A DNA stretch of 41,882 bases from a virus (Duplodnaviria > Caudoviricetes): positions 1 through 41,882 of IMG/VR virus record IMGVR_UViG_3300017648_000192. One strand, given 5' to 3'. The notes under the pieces were generated by a model. It ran no database searches and was not told where the DNA came from. It saw only the letters and a list, made by a program, of their open reading frames with translations. The position numbers and the translations under genes were made by a program. This document shows, piece after piece, positions 16,743 to 26,720 of this stretch (its first letter is position 1; every line of letters begins with the position of its first letter).

Positions 16743-17422
16743 GAATCAAGGAACGTGAACTTCTCGATGTTACCGAATCCATGACCGTGACCGACTGTGC
16801 GCAGTGCGGTGTCGTGTTCGCTCTGCCAACAACATATGTCAGTCGGCGCCGGGATGACGGATTGACCTTTTACTGCCCGAACGGTCATCTCCTTTCGTAC
16901 ACGGGCGGTGACAAAAAGCGAATCAGAGATCTCGAGGCGAACCTGGAATTCGTCCGCGGACAACGTGATGGTCAGGAGCGCAGGGCCGAAGCGGCCCTGC
17001 GGAGCCTTAGTGCCACGAAGGGTGTTGTTACCAAGCTCAAAAAGCGAGCGGCAGCGGGGATATGCCCGTGCTGTAATCGGCATTTCGACGCGCTCGAAAG
17101 CCACATGGAGGCGATGAAAGATGTCGAGCGCCTCTATCCCCGCATCCCCCTAGACGCGTTCGCATTGGCAGCACTCGATGCGCTTGATATGGCTGATTTC
17201 GAGCCGTCGCTTGAGGACGTGCTGATTCAGCGCGGCGTGATGAGGGCTACATTGGAGTTTCTTCCTGCGATGAATGGACATCAGAGGCGTGTGACGTTTC
17301 GGGTTGGGGACGGGTCGTCGTTTGGCGAGTTCGGCACTGGCCCGACAATCGACGCCGCGATCCGGGCGGCGGTGGCCGTAGCGAAGAAGGGTGAAAAACC
17401 CCATAACCACGGGGAAATCTGA
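16739..17422 (+). CDS. Hypothetical protein: zinc ribbons plus coiled coil, possibly a two-gene fusion
   Basis: CAQCG...FYCPNGH, coiled coil, CPCCNRH; GGAG SD. Confidence 0.6.
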   Translation: MRIKERELLDVTESMTVTDCAQCGVVFALPTTYVSRRRDDGLTFYCPNGHLLSYTGGDKKRIRDLEANLEFVRGQRDGQERRAEAALRSLSATKGVVTKLKKRAAAGICPCCNRHFDALESHMEAMKDVERLYPRIPLDAFALAALDALDMADFEPSLEDVLIQRGVMRATLEFLPAMNGHQRRVTFRVGDGSSFGEFGTGPTIDAAIRAAVAVAKKGEKPHNHGEI

Positions 17423-17510
17423 TATAATAAGGTCAACCTAAACAAATGGAGAGGCGGTGCGCTAACACCCCTCTCCGTGGCCCATCATCACTAGGAGGAT
17501 GACCGGCATG
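17420..17510 (+). promoter_or_regulatory. Extended -10 promoter plus two-hairpin leader (copy 2)
   Basis: TGaTATAAT 17420-17428; hairpin 17448-17476; near-identical to 14575-14669. Confidence 0.65.
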
Positions 17511-18020
17511 GGAACTATAAAGATTCCCCTCCACTCCCGCAAGTACCCCAACCTCTATGCCCTCATTGACGAAGAAGACTACGAGCTGGTGCGCCAGTAC
17601 AGGTGGAACCCTGACACTCGTTCCCGAACTGTATACGCACAAACACAGATAGGCCAAAAGACTGTGTACCTTCACAGACTGCTGGTGGGTCCTGATTCAA
17701 GCGGACATGTAGATCATGCTAATCAAGATGGCTTGGATAATAGGCGGTCAAACTTGCGTGTTTGCACTCAATCAGAGAACAACAGGAACAGCAGAATACC
17801 AGTTAGTAAAACAGGATATCGCGGTGTGGAAAGGACTGTGAGTGGGAAGTACCGTGCATACATTTACGAGAATAATCGACGAGTTCTGATAGGCCTGTTT
17901 GATCTGCCGGAGATTGCGGCAATTGCACGAGACGAGATGGCGAGGAAGATTCACGGTGACTTTGCGGTGCTCAACTTTCCCAAGCCCGGAGAAAGAGGAA
18001 TTGATGTACACACACGATGA
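17508..18020 (+). CDS. HNH endonuclease with C-terminal AP2 DNA-binding domain
   Basis: YLHRLL...VDHANQDGLDNRRSNLRVCTQSENNRN; GYRGV...YRAYI...GLF...AAIARD...HGDFAVLNF. Confidence 0.92.
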   Translation: MGTIKIPLHSRKYPNLYALIDEEDYELVRQYRWNPDTRSRTVYAQTQIGQKTVYLHRLLVGPDSSGHVDHANQDGLDNRRSNLRVCTQSENNRNSRIPVSKTGYRGVERTVSGKYRAYIYENNRRVLIGLFDLPEIAAIARDEMARKIHGDFAVLNFPKPGERGIDVHTR

Positions 18021-18357
18021 CCCCGACGTCGCCCCCTGTACGACGCAGATCACCGTCGCTGCCGAACGCGAGCGGCAGATGCTGGCGGAGATCGACGCGC
18101 TCAAGAGGGAGCTTGCCGCCCAATCGGACATTTCTGACGTAGCGAGTGATGAGCGCGACAGAGCATGGCGGGCGGAGATCGACCGCCTGCGCGGCAAGTG
18201 CAACCGGCTGCAGGCCTGCATACGAGAGCTGGATCGCGGTTGGTCCGAAAGCGAGGGCGCTGCTACCTATACCGATGATGAGATTGTCGATGTGTACGAA
18301 CTACGCCCCGGTGACCTCGACCCCGAGCCCCACGGCACACAGGAGAGCGGGCAATGA
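18004..18357 (+). CDS. Hypothetical coiled-coil protein
   Basis: GAGGA SD, ATG 18004. Confidence 0.6.
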   Translation: MYTHDDPDVAPCTTQITVAAERERQMLAEIDALKRELAAQSDISDVASDERDRAWRAEIDRLRGKCNRLQACIRELDRGWSESEGAATYTDDEIVDVYELRPGDLDPEPHGTQESGQ

Positions 18358-18647
18358 AGGGAGTGTCCGATGCCGAGGTTGTCAGAAGACAACAAGCATT
18401 CAAGCAATTCCGTGATGGCATCGTTGCCACACAACTCGTCGATGAACAGAAAGACGATATAGCCCGGCTCAAGGCACAAGTGGAATGGCTCCGCGCGGCG
18501 TTGATCAATGTGGAGGTCAGCACAGCCGTGAACTACCGTCAGGGCGACATCGACAGCGCGATGATTGATCGCATCATCGGCGGCATTGACGGAAACATGG
18601 CAGTCGCGGCTGACAGGGCCGAGCCCCACGGCGCGGCCAGCGAGTAG
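18354..18647 (+). CDS. Hypothetical protein
   Basis: AGGAG SD, ATGA coupling. Confidence 0.6.
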   Translation: MKGVSDAEVVRRQQAFKQFRDGIVATQLVDEQKDDIARLKAQVEWLRAALINVEVSTAVNYRQGDIDSAMIDRIIGGIDGNMAVAADRAEPHGAASE

Positions 18648-18658
18648 GCCACAGCCTC

Positions 18659-18746
18659 GCGCTCCGTCTTCACCGGCGGAGCGCTGCCTGCTATACTGGA
18701 ACCACGACCCCTGGGAAGGACGTTCGTTCGCCATGCCCAGGGGTTT
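18659..18746 (+). promoter_or_regulatory. Putative late promoter region
   Basis: Inverted repeat GCGCTCCG/CGGAGCGC (18659-18684), TGcTATACT (18689-18697), stem ACCCCTGGG/CCCAGGGGT (18707-18744) before terS. Confidence 0.5.
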
Positions 18747-18749
18747 CCC

Positions 18750-19196
18750 GTGTCCGGATCGCCCGAACAATCGAAGAAGATGACGCCGAAGCAGCAGCGG
18801 TTCGTGGACGCCTATGTTGGTGAGGCTCGATTTAATGCGTCTCGTGCGGTGATCGAGGCTGGCTACGTCACCAAAAACCCCAACGACCTCGGGTATCAAC
18901 TCCGCAATACTCCGCATGTTCGCGCGCGTATTGACGAAATCTTGGAAAACGAGACCCTCAGAGCCCCGGAGATTCTTCGCGAACTGACCGATGTGGCGAT
19001 GCGCGGTCTGGATGAATTCATCGAGGTCACCCGGTACGACAAAGAGGGAAATCCGGTTGCGGCCAGGATGGATGCCAGTGCCAAGATGAAGGCGCTGGAG
19101 TTGCTGGGGAAGAACCAATCACTCTTTGTTGACAAGGTTGAACAGACCATCGACGTCGAGGTCCCGGTGTTTAGTATCCGTCGGGTGGAAGACTGA
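18750..19196 (+). CDS. terS: Terminase small subunit
   Basis: MTPKQQRFVDAY...NASRAVIEAGY...KMKALELLGK; start may be ATG 18780. Confidence 0.9.
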   Translation: MSGSPEQSKKMTPKQQRFVDAYVGEARFNASRAVIEAGYVTKNPNDLGYQLRNTPHVRARIDEILENETLRAPEILRELTDVAMRGLDEFIEVTRYDKEGNPVAARMDASAKMKALELLGKNQSLFVDKVEQTIDVEVPVFSIRRVED

Positions 19197-20458
19197 TGGT
19201 TGCCACTATGCCATCGGCGATGCCGAACATCAGACCGGTGGAGACGCCGCTGTATTTCAGTGACGCCAATCTCTCAGCGATTGATGCGACAGATCCGGAA
19301 GTTCTCGTTGTGGGACCGGCCGGGACCGGCAAAACATTCGCCGTATGTGCAAAGATCAACAACCTGGCATGGACATATCCAGGCGTCAGAATTCTCATGG
19401 TTCGCAAGACACTCGAATCATTGAAGTCCGGCGCTTTGGCGACATTCATCAGGCACATCAAACCTCAGACGGCACTCATTCACACATTCGGTGGAAACAA
19501 ATTCTTCCCGGCCGAGTTTCGCTATCCGAATGGGTCGGTCATCCTCGTTTCCGGCATGGACAAGGCGGATAAGGTCCTTTCAGCCGAATTCGATGTCATC
19601 TTTTGTAACGAGGCAACGGAACTTTCTGAGGCGGACTGGGAGACACTCAAAAGTCGTCTGCGAAATGGGAGGATGCCCTATCAGCAAATCATTGCTGATT
19701 GCAATCCGTCCGGACCTCGGCACTGGCTCAACGAACGGTGTAATCGTGGGCAGACTCGACGGATTATTACCACACACAAGGACAATCCAGCCTACTGGCG
19801 AAACGGTGACTGGACTGATGTTGGCAGACAGTATGTCCAAGGGACGCTTGCCAGCCTGACAGGTATCCAGCGGAAGCGTCTTTTTGAGGGCGTGTGGGCT
19901 GCCGCTGAGGGGCTCGTCTATCCCGAGTTTGATCCGGAGAAGCACGAGCTCTCCGTTCACGATGACGATCTTTCGTCGTGGCGGGTTGTTCTTGGTGTTG
20001 ATGTTGGATCACGCAATCCTACCGCGATCCTCACGGTTCATATCGCAGGAGACGAGAGGATACATGTTTCGCATGAAGTTTATCGGCGAAACATGACCGC
20101 GACGGAGATCGTGGATGCCATCGTCGGGCGGTGCAACGCTACCGGGGCTGAAGCGGTGTATATCGATCCGTCCGCCAAGGGATACATCGACGACCTGACT
20201 GCAAGAGGGTATCCCGCAAAGCCGGCAATCAATGATGTCCTCGTGGGTATTCAGCGTGTACACGGGGCGTTTCAGACGGGTCTCACCATTGACCCCAGAT
20301 GCACGGAGCTTATCGGCGAGTTGGGGATGTATGCATACCCAGCTAATTCCCGGATAGAAACTGACAAGCCAGAGAAAGAGTTCGACCACGCCCTTGATGC
20401 TCTTCGATACGTCTGTGTGAGTCAAACGCCTCCGCTGGAAGGAAAGCTGGTGTGGTGA
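19196..20458 (+). CDS. terL: Terminase large subunit (PBSX/SPP1-like)
   Basis: GPAGTGKT Walker A, IFCNEATE Walker B, DCNP, GVDVG, DHALDALRY nuclease motifs. Confidence 0.95.
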   Translation: MVATMPSAMPNIRPVETPLYFSDANLSAIDATDPEVLVVGPAGTGKTFAVCAKINNLAWTYPGVRILMVRKTLESLKSGALATFIRHIKPQTALIHTFGGNKFFPAEFRYPNGSVILVSGMDKADKVLSAEFDVIFCNEATELSEADWETLKSRLRNGRMPYQQIIADCNPSGPRHWLNERCNRGQTRRIITTHKDNPAYWRNGDWTDVGRQYVQGTLASLTGIQRKRLFEGVWAAAEGLVYPEFDPEKHELSVHDDDLSSWRVVLGVDVGSRNPTAILTVHIAGDERIHVSHEVYRRNMTATEIVDAIVGRCNATGAEAVYIDPSAKGYIDDLTARGYPAKPAINDVLVGIQRVHGAFQTGLTIDPRCTELIGELGMYAYPANSRIETDKPEKEFDHALDALRYVCVSQTPPLEGKLVW

Positions 20459-22560
20459 AGATCATGGACGCGCTTCGCACCATCTTCCTGGACGATCCCC
20501 GCGCCGCCCGGTCGTTCGTGACCGGTCCTGCTGATGTGGTTGCGCCACCGTTTTCGTGGGCGATCAGCAACGAGTACCAGCCGGCGGCGTACGCCACGTA
20601 CCCGGCGACCAGCAACGGCGTATACGCCTGCATCAACGTCCGCGCCAATAACCTGACGAGCCTGCCACTCAAACTCTACAGCAAAAAGGTTGGCAAGGAT
20701 GGCAAACGGCGGGAGATCACGTCGGGACCGGCGCGAGACCTACTGGACAATATCAACCCGTTCTGGACGTTCGAGCGCTGGCTGAACATGACCGAGCAGA
20801 GCCTCTGTGTGTGGGGCGAGTCGTTTTCGTTCTACTCCAAACAGGGGAACCGGCCGACGGAGCTGTGGTGGGCGCGAGCTGATCAGGTCAAGGTGCATCC
20901 ACACCCGACCGAGTACATCAGCCACTTCACGTACGACACCGGCAACGGGCATCCGATTCGGTTCGAGCGGGACGAGACGCTGTGGCTGCGGTTTGCCAAC
21001 GTCGCGAATCAGTGGGAAGGGCTGTCGCCCCTGGCCGCCGCCCGACTCGCCGCCGACACATCCAACGCAGCGATGCGAAGCAACCACAACATCTTTCGCA
21101 ACGGCCTGACCGGTGCCGGCATGATCTCCCCGCGCGAGGGGACGAACCTGACGCAAGAACAGGCATCGGCGGTGGCGAGCGACCTCAATCGCCGATTCCG
21201 TGGCGTCGATAACGCTCACAAGATCGGCGTTCTGCGTTTCGGCGTCGATATCAAGCAGCTCAGCCTCTCTCCAAAAGACGCCGAGTTTGTGTCGATGATG
21301 AACCTGACGCTGGAGGATATTGCCCGCGCCTACAACGTGCCGATTGACAAGATCGGTGGGCGGCGCACGTACCAGAACGTCGAAGACAGCGAAAAGGTGT
21401 TTTGGTCGGGCTGCATCATCCCCGAAGCCCGGTTTATCGCCGCCGAGATCACCGAACAACTGCTACCGCTCTTCGGTGGAGACATGGTGGCCGAGTTCGA
21501 TACGTCCGGCATTTCCGTCCTGCACGAGGCCGAGTCCGCCAAATGGGAACGCTGGCAAGGCCAGATCACATCCGGAGCCCGGACGGTCAACGAATACCGC
21601 GCCGAGAACGGACTGAACCCGGTTCCGTGGGGCGATGTGTGGTGGGCGCAATCGACCATGATGCCCGTCGTTGACGAAGAGCGACCGATCCTGATGCAGC
21701 CGCCGGCGCTGTCGTCCGGCAGTGATCAGGACGCCGAGGATGACGACCAGCCGGACGACGCTGATCCCGGCGAGCGTCGCTACACCCGGTCGCTGGCGTT
21801 CGGCTCGGCGGAGCACCGGGCGTTGATGGACAAACGCAACGCTGCCGCCGAGCCGTGGGAGCAGCGCATCGGCAATGAATGCGCTCGCCTCCACATGGAT
21901 CTGCAGCAGAGCGTGCTTGCCCGTCTCCGCCAGCGATCACGTAGCGCCGAGCAGGTCGCACTCGATCCCTTCGATCGGTCGCGCTGGGTCAAGGCGTTCC
22001 GCGTCACGATGCGTCCGGTGTTTGAGGGCGTTGTCGCCGAGTCGGCAGAACTGGCACAGGACGAGCTCGGCGTGGCGTTCGCATTCGATGTGCAGGACCC
22101 GGACGTCCTGCGGGCCATCGAGCGACAGGCCCAGCGGTTCGCCGAGGAAGTGCCAGAGACGACGTGGGAGAACCTGCGGGACTCGCTCCGGGACGGCCTG
22201 CTCAATCAGGAAGATATTGATCAGCTTGCCAAACGGGTCGAAAACGTCATGCGGTATCGCATCCGGTCGTCGAAAGAGACGATTGCGCGAACGGAAACGA
22301 CGCGCGCATCCACGACCGGCACGCTGGCGGGCTGGCGACAGAGCGGCGTCGTGCGCGGCAAGCGCTGGGTTGCGGCGCTGGATGACCGGACCCGACCGAC
22401 GCATATCGAGGCGCACGGGCAGGAAGTGGGACTGGACGACATGTTTACCGTTGGCGCTGCCTCCGGTCCGGGACCGGGTGATCTCGATAGCGTGCGCGAA
22501 GTTGCAAATTGCCGGTGCACGGTCGTGCCGGTGCTTGATGTGGAGGGCGAAAAGCAATGA
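20452..22560 (+). CDS. HK97-type portal protein fused to MuF/SPP1 gp7-like head morphogenesis domain
   Basis: VYACINVRA, GLSPL, IARAYNVP, TVNEYR portal motifs; C-terminal IARTET, KRWVAALDDRTRPTH, NCRC. Confidence 0.9.
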   Translation: MVKIMDALRTIFLDDPRAARSFVTGPADVVAPPFSWAISNEYQPAAYATYPATSNGVYACINVRANNLTSLPLKLYSKKVGKDGKRREITSGPARDLLDNINPFWTFERWLNMTEQSLCVWGESFSFYSKQGNRPTELWWARADQVKVHPHPTEYISHFTYDTGNGHPIRFERDETLWLRFANVANQWEGLSPLAAARLAADTSNAAMRSNHNIFRNGLTGAGMISPREGTNLTQEQASAVASDLNRRFRGVDNAHKIGVLRFGVDIKQLSLSPKDAEFVSMMNLTLEDIARAYNVPIDKIGGRRTYQNVEDSEKVFWSGCIIPEARFIAAEITEQLLPLFGGDMVAEFDTSGISVLHEAESAKWERWQGQITSGARTVNEYRAENGLNPVPWGDVWWAQSTMMPVVDEERPILMQPPALSSGSDQDAEDDDQPDDADPGERRYTRSLAFGSAEHRALMDKRNAAAEPWEQRIGNECARLHMDLQQSVLARLRQRSRSAEQVALDPFDRSRWVKAFRVTMRPVFEGVVAESAELAQDELGVAFAFDVQDPDVLRAIERQAQRFAEEVPETTWENLRDSLRDGLLNQEDIDQLAKRVENVMRYRIRSSKETIARTETTRASTTGTLAGWRQSGVVRGKRWVAALDDRTRPTHIEAHGQEVGLDDMFTVGAASGPGPGDLDSVREVANCRCTVVPVLDVEGEKQ

Positions 22561-23345
22561 GCAGGCAGTTTCTCCGGGCGCTGCATGAGCGCGCCGACAC
22601 CGATAACGGAACCGGACCCATCCGATTCGTTGCATCCACCGAAGGTGTGAAGCGGGACGGCATGGATCTCCGCATGGATGCATGGGACCTGGACAACTAC
22701 CGGAAGAACCCGGTGGTGCTGTGGTCTCACGACTATTGGGGGACGCACCTCCCGGTCGGGCGGGCCGAGGTCAACGTCGAGGGCAAGAACCTGATCGCAT
22801 CGGTCGTGTTCGATCCCGACGATGAATTTGCCCGCCAGATTGAACGCAAATACCGCAACGGATTCCTCAATACGGTATCGGTCGGCTGGAATACCCATGA
22901 TGACCGCAACGAACTCCTCGACATCTCCGCCGTGCCGGTGCCGGGAGATCCCGACGCCCTGATGGAACGGCAGATCCGTGGTCTCGCCAGCATTGGCGAA
23001 AAACTCATCGAACTCACCGACGAGCCGGACGCACCGCAGGGTGACGATGCCGAGGCGATATGGACGGGAACGGCGCTCCGCATGGTGCGGCTGTTCGTGT
23101 CCGGCGCTGACGACGCATTCGACCAGCGGGCGTACCGGCGACTTGTCCGGGCCTACCAGCGACTCGACCGCGAGCCGCCGGAGGTGCCGGACCATCTGGA
23201 CGCACTGAGCGTCACTGAGATCCGCGGGCTCTTCCTCGAGGGGGAGCCGGAGCTGGTGCCGGAGCTGTTCGCAGTCCCGGTGCCGACTGACCAGCCGGAT
23301 GACGCGCTCGTGCGTCTCCATGCATTGATAACGGGAGCACAATAA
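22557..23345 (+). CDS. Prohead protease (HK97 family) with C-terminal extension
   Basis: STEGVKRDG, NPVVLWSHD, VSVG, ELLDISAVPVP. Confidence 0.88.
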   Translation: MSRQFLRALHERADTDNGTGPIRFVASTEGVKRDGMDLRMDAWDLDNYRKNPVVLWSHDYWGTHLPVGRAEVNVEGKNLIASVVFDPDDEFARQIERKYRNGFLNTVSVGWNTHDDRNELLDISAVPVPGDPDALMERQIRGLASIGEKLIELTDEPDAPQGDDAEAIWTGTALRMVRLFVSGADDAFDQRAYRRLVRAYQRLDREPPEVPDHLDALSVTEIRGLFLEGEPELVPELFAVPVPTDQPDDALVRLHALITGAQ

Positions 23346-24727
23346 TGCCAAGCACCGAAGATCTCTTGAAGGATATTTCCGATCGCATGACCGCGATCGA
23401 TACCAAGGCGGATGCGGCGACGAATGCGGTGTCCGAAGAGAACCTCCGCAAGTTTGTGGAAGACTATTTCGGCGCACTCGACGACAACGATCCGCTCGTG
23501 CGCAAGATGAGATTCCAGACCGGTGAGGGCGAGGACAAGCTGAAGGGCAGCAAGTACGGCCGGTTTGGTCTCGGCGTCTCCGATATCGAGTGGCTGCACG
23601 ACCTCAAGTCCGCGCAGAAGGAGTCGGGACGCGGCGGTGGTCCGTCCGACGAACTGACGCGCATGTTCAACTCGCTCTCGCCGGCGGTTCGTGCCAACGA
23701 CGCGATGGACACGCAGGAGAGCGGCTACGGACAGCAGCTCATCGGCGCCCAATACGTCGGCGACCTGTGGACCGCGGCCCGGCCGGAGTCGCGCGTGTTC
23801 GGCCTGATCAACACGTTCGAGATGACCGCGCCGACGGCATACCTGCCGGTCGAGGTCGATATTCCCGAGATGATCATGGTCTCGGAATCGACGGCTAGCA
23901 ACTCCAGCGCGTATCCGACCCAGAACACTGGCTCCAACCGTGTGCAGGTCGACGCCAAGAAGTTCGCGATTCACCAGATGTGGAGCGCGGATATCGAAGA
24001 GGACAGCATCATCCCGTTCGTGCCGTTCCTGCGGCGACAGGCGGCGATCTCGCTGGCGCACTACGCGGACAGTCTCGTGCTCAATGGCGACACGACCGCG
24101 ACCGCGACCGGGAACATCAACCTCGACGATGACACCCCGGCGAGCAACAAGCACTTCCTCGCGTTCGACGGCCTGCGTCATGTCGGGCTGGTGGACAACA
24201 CCGGCAACAGCGCGGGCACGCTGGTGGGATCTTCGCTCGGTCTTGGCGACCTGATGGCCGTCAAGGGGCGCATGGTCGACTACACCTATCTCCATGACTG
24301 GGGGCACCCGACCGACGCCACGTCGCTGGTCTACATCGCCGATCCGGCGACGGCTGACCTGATTGCGTCCATCGACAAGATCCGGGATGCCCGGATCTAC
24401 AACGGTGGAACCGACCTGCTCAGCGGCGAAGTGGCCCGGATTCTCGGCCATCCGGTGATTAGCTCGATCGCGGTGCCGAAGACTGAGGCTGACGGCAAGG
24501 CGAGCAAGACCGGCGCAAACAACGTCAAGGGTCAGATTGTGACGATCAACCGGCGCGGCTTCGTGGCTGGTTGGCGGCGTCACGTCAAGATGGCGACCGA
24601 ATTTCTGCCCGCGACGGATCAGCAGCGCATCGTCTACACGCTCCGGCTCGGGTTCGGCCGGTTCACGCCGAGCGGGTCTGCGTCGGGCATCAAGAGCGCC
24701 GATGTGATCTACAACATCGGCCTCTAG
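23345..24727 (+). CDS. Major capsid protein (HK97 fold)
   Basis: Size, position after protease, DIEEDSII, LVLNGD, ILGHPVI motifs. Confidence 0.9.
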   Translation: MPSTEDLLKDISDRMTAIDTKADAATNAVSEENLRKFVEDYFGALDDNDPLVRKMRFQTGEGEDKLKGSKYGRFGLGVSDIEWLHDLKSAQKESGRGGGPSDELTRMFNSLSPAVRANDAMDTQESGYGQQLIGAQYVGDLWTAARPESRVFGLINTFEMTAPTAYLPVEVDIPEMIMVSESTASNSSAYPTQNTGSNRVQVDAKKFAIHQMWSADIEEDSIIPFVPFLRRQAAISLAHYADSLVLNGDTTATATGNINLDDDTPASNKHFLAFDGLRHVGLVDNTGNSAGTLVGSSLGLGDLMAVKGRMVDYTYLHDWGHPTDATSLVYIADPATADLIASIDKIRDARIYNGGTDLLSGEVARILGHPVISSIAVPKTEADGKASKTGANNVKGQIVTINRRGFVAGWRRHVKMATEFLPATDQQRIVYTLRLGFGRFTPSGSASGIKSADVIYNIGL

Positions 24728-24754
24728 ACCGAGGCTACCGCGAGGGAAGAGGAC

Positions 24755-24970
24755 ATGGCGATGACGACGTACCGGTTCACCTGCAATTACGCCAGCGGCA
24801 TCGGCGCCTGGCGGAAGGGCGATACAGCCGAGTTCGACGCCGTGACGGCTGCATGGCTGTTGCGCGACGCTCCCGGCTGCATCGAGCCGGTCGCGTCATC
24901 GTCTCGGGTTGTGGATGCGCCGGAACACGACCGGCAGATGAAGGCCGCGCCGAAGAAGCGGAGTCGCTGA
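24755..24970 (+). CDS. Small head-associated protein
   Basis: GAGGA SD; KGDTAEFDAVTAAWLL; position after capsid. Confidence 0.7.
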   Translation: MAMTTYRFTCNYASGIGAWRKGDTAEFDAVTAAWLLRDAPGCIEPVASSSRVVDAPEHDRQMKAAPKKRSR

Positions 24971-24971
24971 G

Positions 24972-25547
24972 ATGGTTGCGTACGCCAGCTTGGATGACCT
25001 AAGAATGCGCCTCGATATCGGGAACGGCGAGAAGGATGACATACTCGGCCAGGTTCTCGATGCCGCTTCTCGACAGATCGATGGCTGGACGGCCAGGACG
25101 TTCGTTGCCGAGTCTGGCGTCCGCATCCTGACCGCGGAACACGACGGCGAGGTCCAGTTGGGGGACGACCTGCTGAGCGTGACGAGCCTCGCCACCGACG
25201 ATGCTGGCGACCGCTCATACAGCACGGCGTGGGATGCGATCGATTACGAACTGGTCGAGCCGGCGCCGTATTCCGTGATCTATGTCGCGCCATTCGGTCG
25301 TCGGATGTTTCCGCGTGGACGGAACCGGGTTCGTGTCGAGGGTATGTGGGGATACAGCCTGACACCGCCCGCGCCGATCGTGGAAGCGACGTTGCTGCTG
25401 GCCTCCCGGCTTTACACGCGGAAGGACGCGCCGTTTGGCGTGACCGGTTCGGCGGAGCACGGCGAGTTGCAGACACTGCCGGGCATGGACCCGGACGTCA
25501 AGCAGCTCATCCAGCCGTATCGCCGGTTCGGAATGGTGGTGATGTGA
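24972..25547 (+). CDS. Head-tail adaptor (gp6/gp15-like)
   Basis: YASLDDLR...AASRQIDGWT.R.F...WGY...P..IVEATL. Confidence 0.85.
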   Translation: MVAYASLDDLRMRLDIGNGEKDDILGQVLDAASRQIDGWTARTFVAESGVRILTAEHDGEVQLGDDLLSVTSLATDDAGDRSYSTAWDAIDYELVEPAPYSVIYVAPFGRRMFPRGRNRVRVEGMWGYSLTPPAPIVEATLLLASRLYTRKDAPFGVTGSAEHGELQTLPGMDPDVKQLIQPYRRFGMVVM

Positions 25548-26008
25548 TGGCAACGGGTAGCGGACAGATCACGGTCAAAATTCGCGGTCTTGATGAGCTG
25601 GGAAACAAGCTGCACGGCTCGCGAGCTGATGCGCCGGTGTCACGATTCCTCGATCGTGCTGCAATCCATCTGCAAGGCAAGGCGCGCGAGCATGCCGCGG
25701 TCGATACGGGTCGCTTGCGCAACAGCATCGGGACGGAGGCGCCATCGATCAGGAAACGCCGGGTTGGACCGGATACGGAATACGCCGAGCATGTCGAGTT
25801 TGGCACGAAACCCCACTGGCCGCCGCCCGGGTCACTTTCGGGATGGGCGCGACGACACGGGCTCGACGAGGGCGACATTCGACACAAAATCAGTGTTGCC
25901 GGGACGAAACCGCAGCCGTACATGCAACCCGCCGCGGATGACACCGCCGGCTTCATTCCGACGCTGATCCCGGTATTAGCGGCGGAGATCGAGAGCGCTT
26001 ATCAATGA
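25547..26008 (+). CDS. HK97 gp10-like neck protein
   Basis: VDTGRLRNSI, YAEHVEFGT, GTKPQPYMQPA. Confidence 0.85.
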   Translation: MATGSGQITVKIRGLDELGNKLHGSRADAPVSRFLDRAAIHLQGKAREHAAVDTGRLRNSIGTEAPSIRKRRVGPDTEYAEHVEFGTKPHWPPPGSLSGWARRHGLDEGDIRHKISVAGTKPQPYMQPAADDTAGFIPTLIPVLAAEIESAYQ

Positions 26009-26478
26009 GCCAGCACATTGTCGATCTGTTGACAGAGGTCCGGAACGATCTGTGGTCACTGCCGTCCATGCCGAGGGTATATCCATCGGTCCCCGAGTCC
26101 ATCAACGAGTTCCCGGCCGTCGTGGTTACGGAGCTGGGCGGCCGGACGTGGCTCTCATCGCACGGGCGGAGTAGTGGTGTCTCGCCACTGATGACGGAAC
26201 ACGATATCCGGGTCGAGGTGCATATTCCGCGAAAGGACCTCGTGCAGGAATCCGCGTCAATGACGATTATCGCGCACGACGTGGTGCTATGGCTTTATGC
26301 CGGATTCATTAGCGATCGATATGACGCGACGATGGTCACGACCGGAAACCCGCGTACCGCCAACAACGCCACAGCTCCGATTGACTACACCATCGGGCCG
26401 TCAACGTGGGGCGGGAAACAAACCTACGCGATGTTTTGCGACTTCCGGGTCACAACCGAAGAGGAGGTCATCGTATGA
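26005..26478 (+). CDS. Probable tail terminator/completion protein
   Basis: Position; RVYPSVP...FPAVVV pattern. Confidence 0.6.
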   Translation: MSQHIVDLLTEVRNDLWSLPSMPRVYPSVPESINEFPAVVVTELGGRTWLSSHGRSSGVSPLMTEHDIRVEVHIPRKDLVQESASMTIIAHDVVLWLYAGFISDRYDATMVTTGNPRTANNATAPIDYTIGPSTWGGKQTYAMFCDFRVTTEEEVIV

Positions 26479-26720
26479 CACACGACGAACGGGAGCCCAT
26501 CCCGATCATGGGCGAGTGGCGCAAAACGAAGGTGTATCGGTGTCGTCTGTGCGCGTTCGACAGCACCGACAGGGCGAAGTTCGAGGATCACTTCGCGAAG
26601 GCTCACCCGCCGCTCCAGATTCTCGACGGCGGCCTGATCGATGAGTCAGCGCCGGACGAACCGGATGAAGAGACGTCCGCGAAGAATGGCGCGACGCGCA
26701 AGCCGAAAGGCGGGAAGTAA
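26475..26720 (+). CDS. Small protein with canonical C2H2 zinc finger
   Basis: YRCRLCAFDSTDRAKFEDHFAKAH = C-x2-C-x12-H-x4-H; GAGGAGG SD. Confidence 0.7.
   Translation: MTHDEREPIPIMGEWRKTKVYRCRLCAFDSTDRAKFEDHFAKAHPPLQILDGGLIDESAPDEPDEETSAKNGATRKPKGGK

Noticed and set aside
17508-18020. HNH genes as group I intron-encoded
   Set aside because: Both HNH genes are free-standing between intact ORFs with their own promoter; no split host gene or intron core seen
22221-24583. Long minus-strand ORFs over the head genes (also 31921-33279, 39106-40225, 40523-41638)
   Set aside because: Shadows of well-supported + strand structural genes
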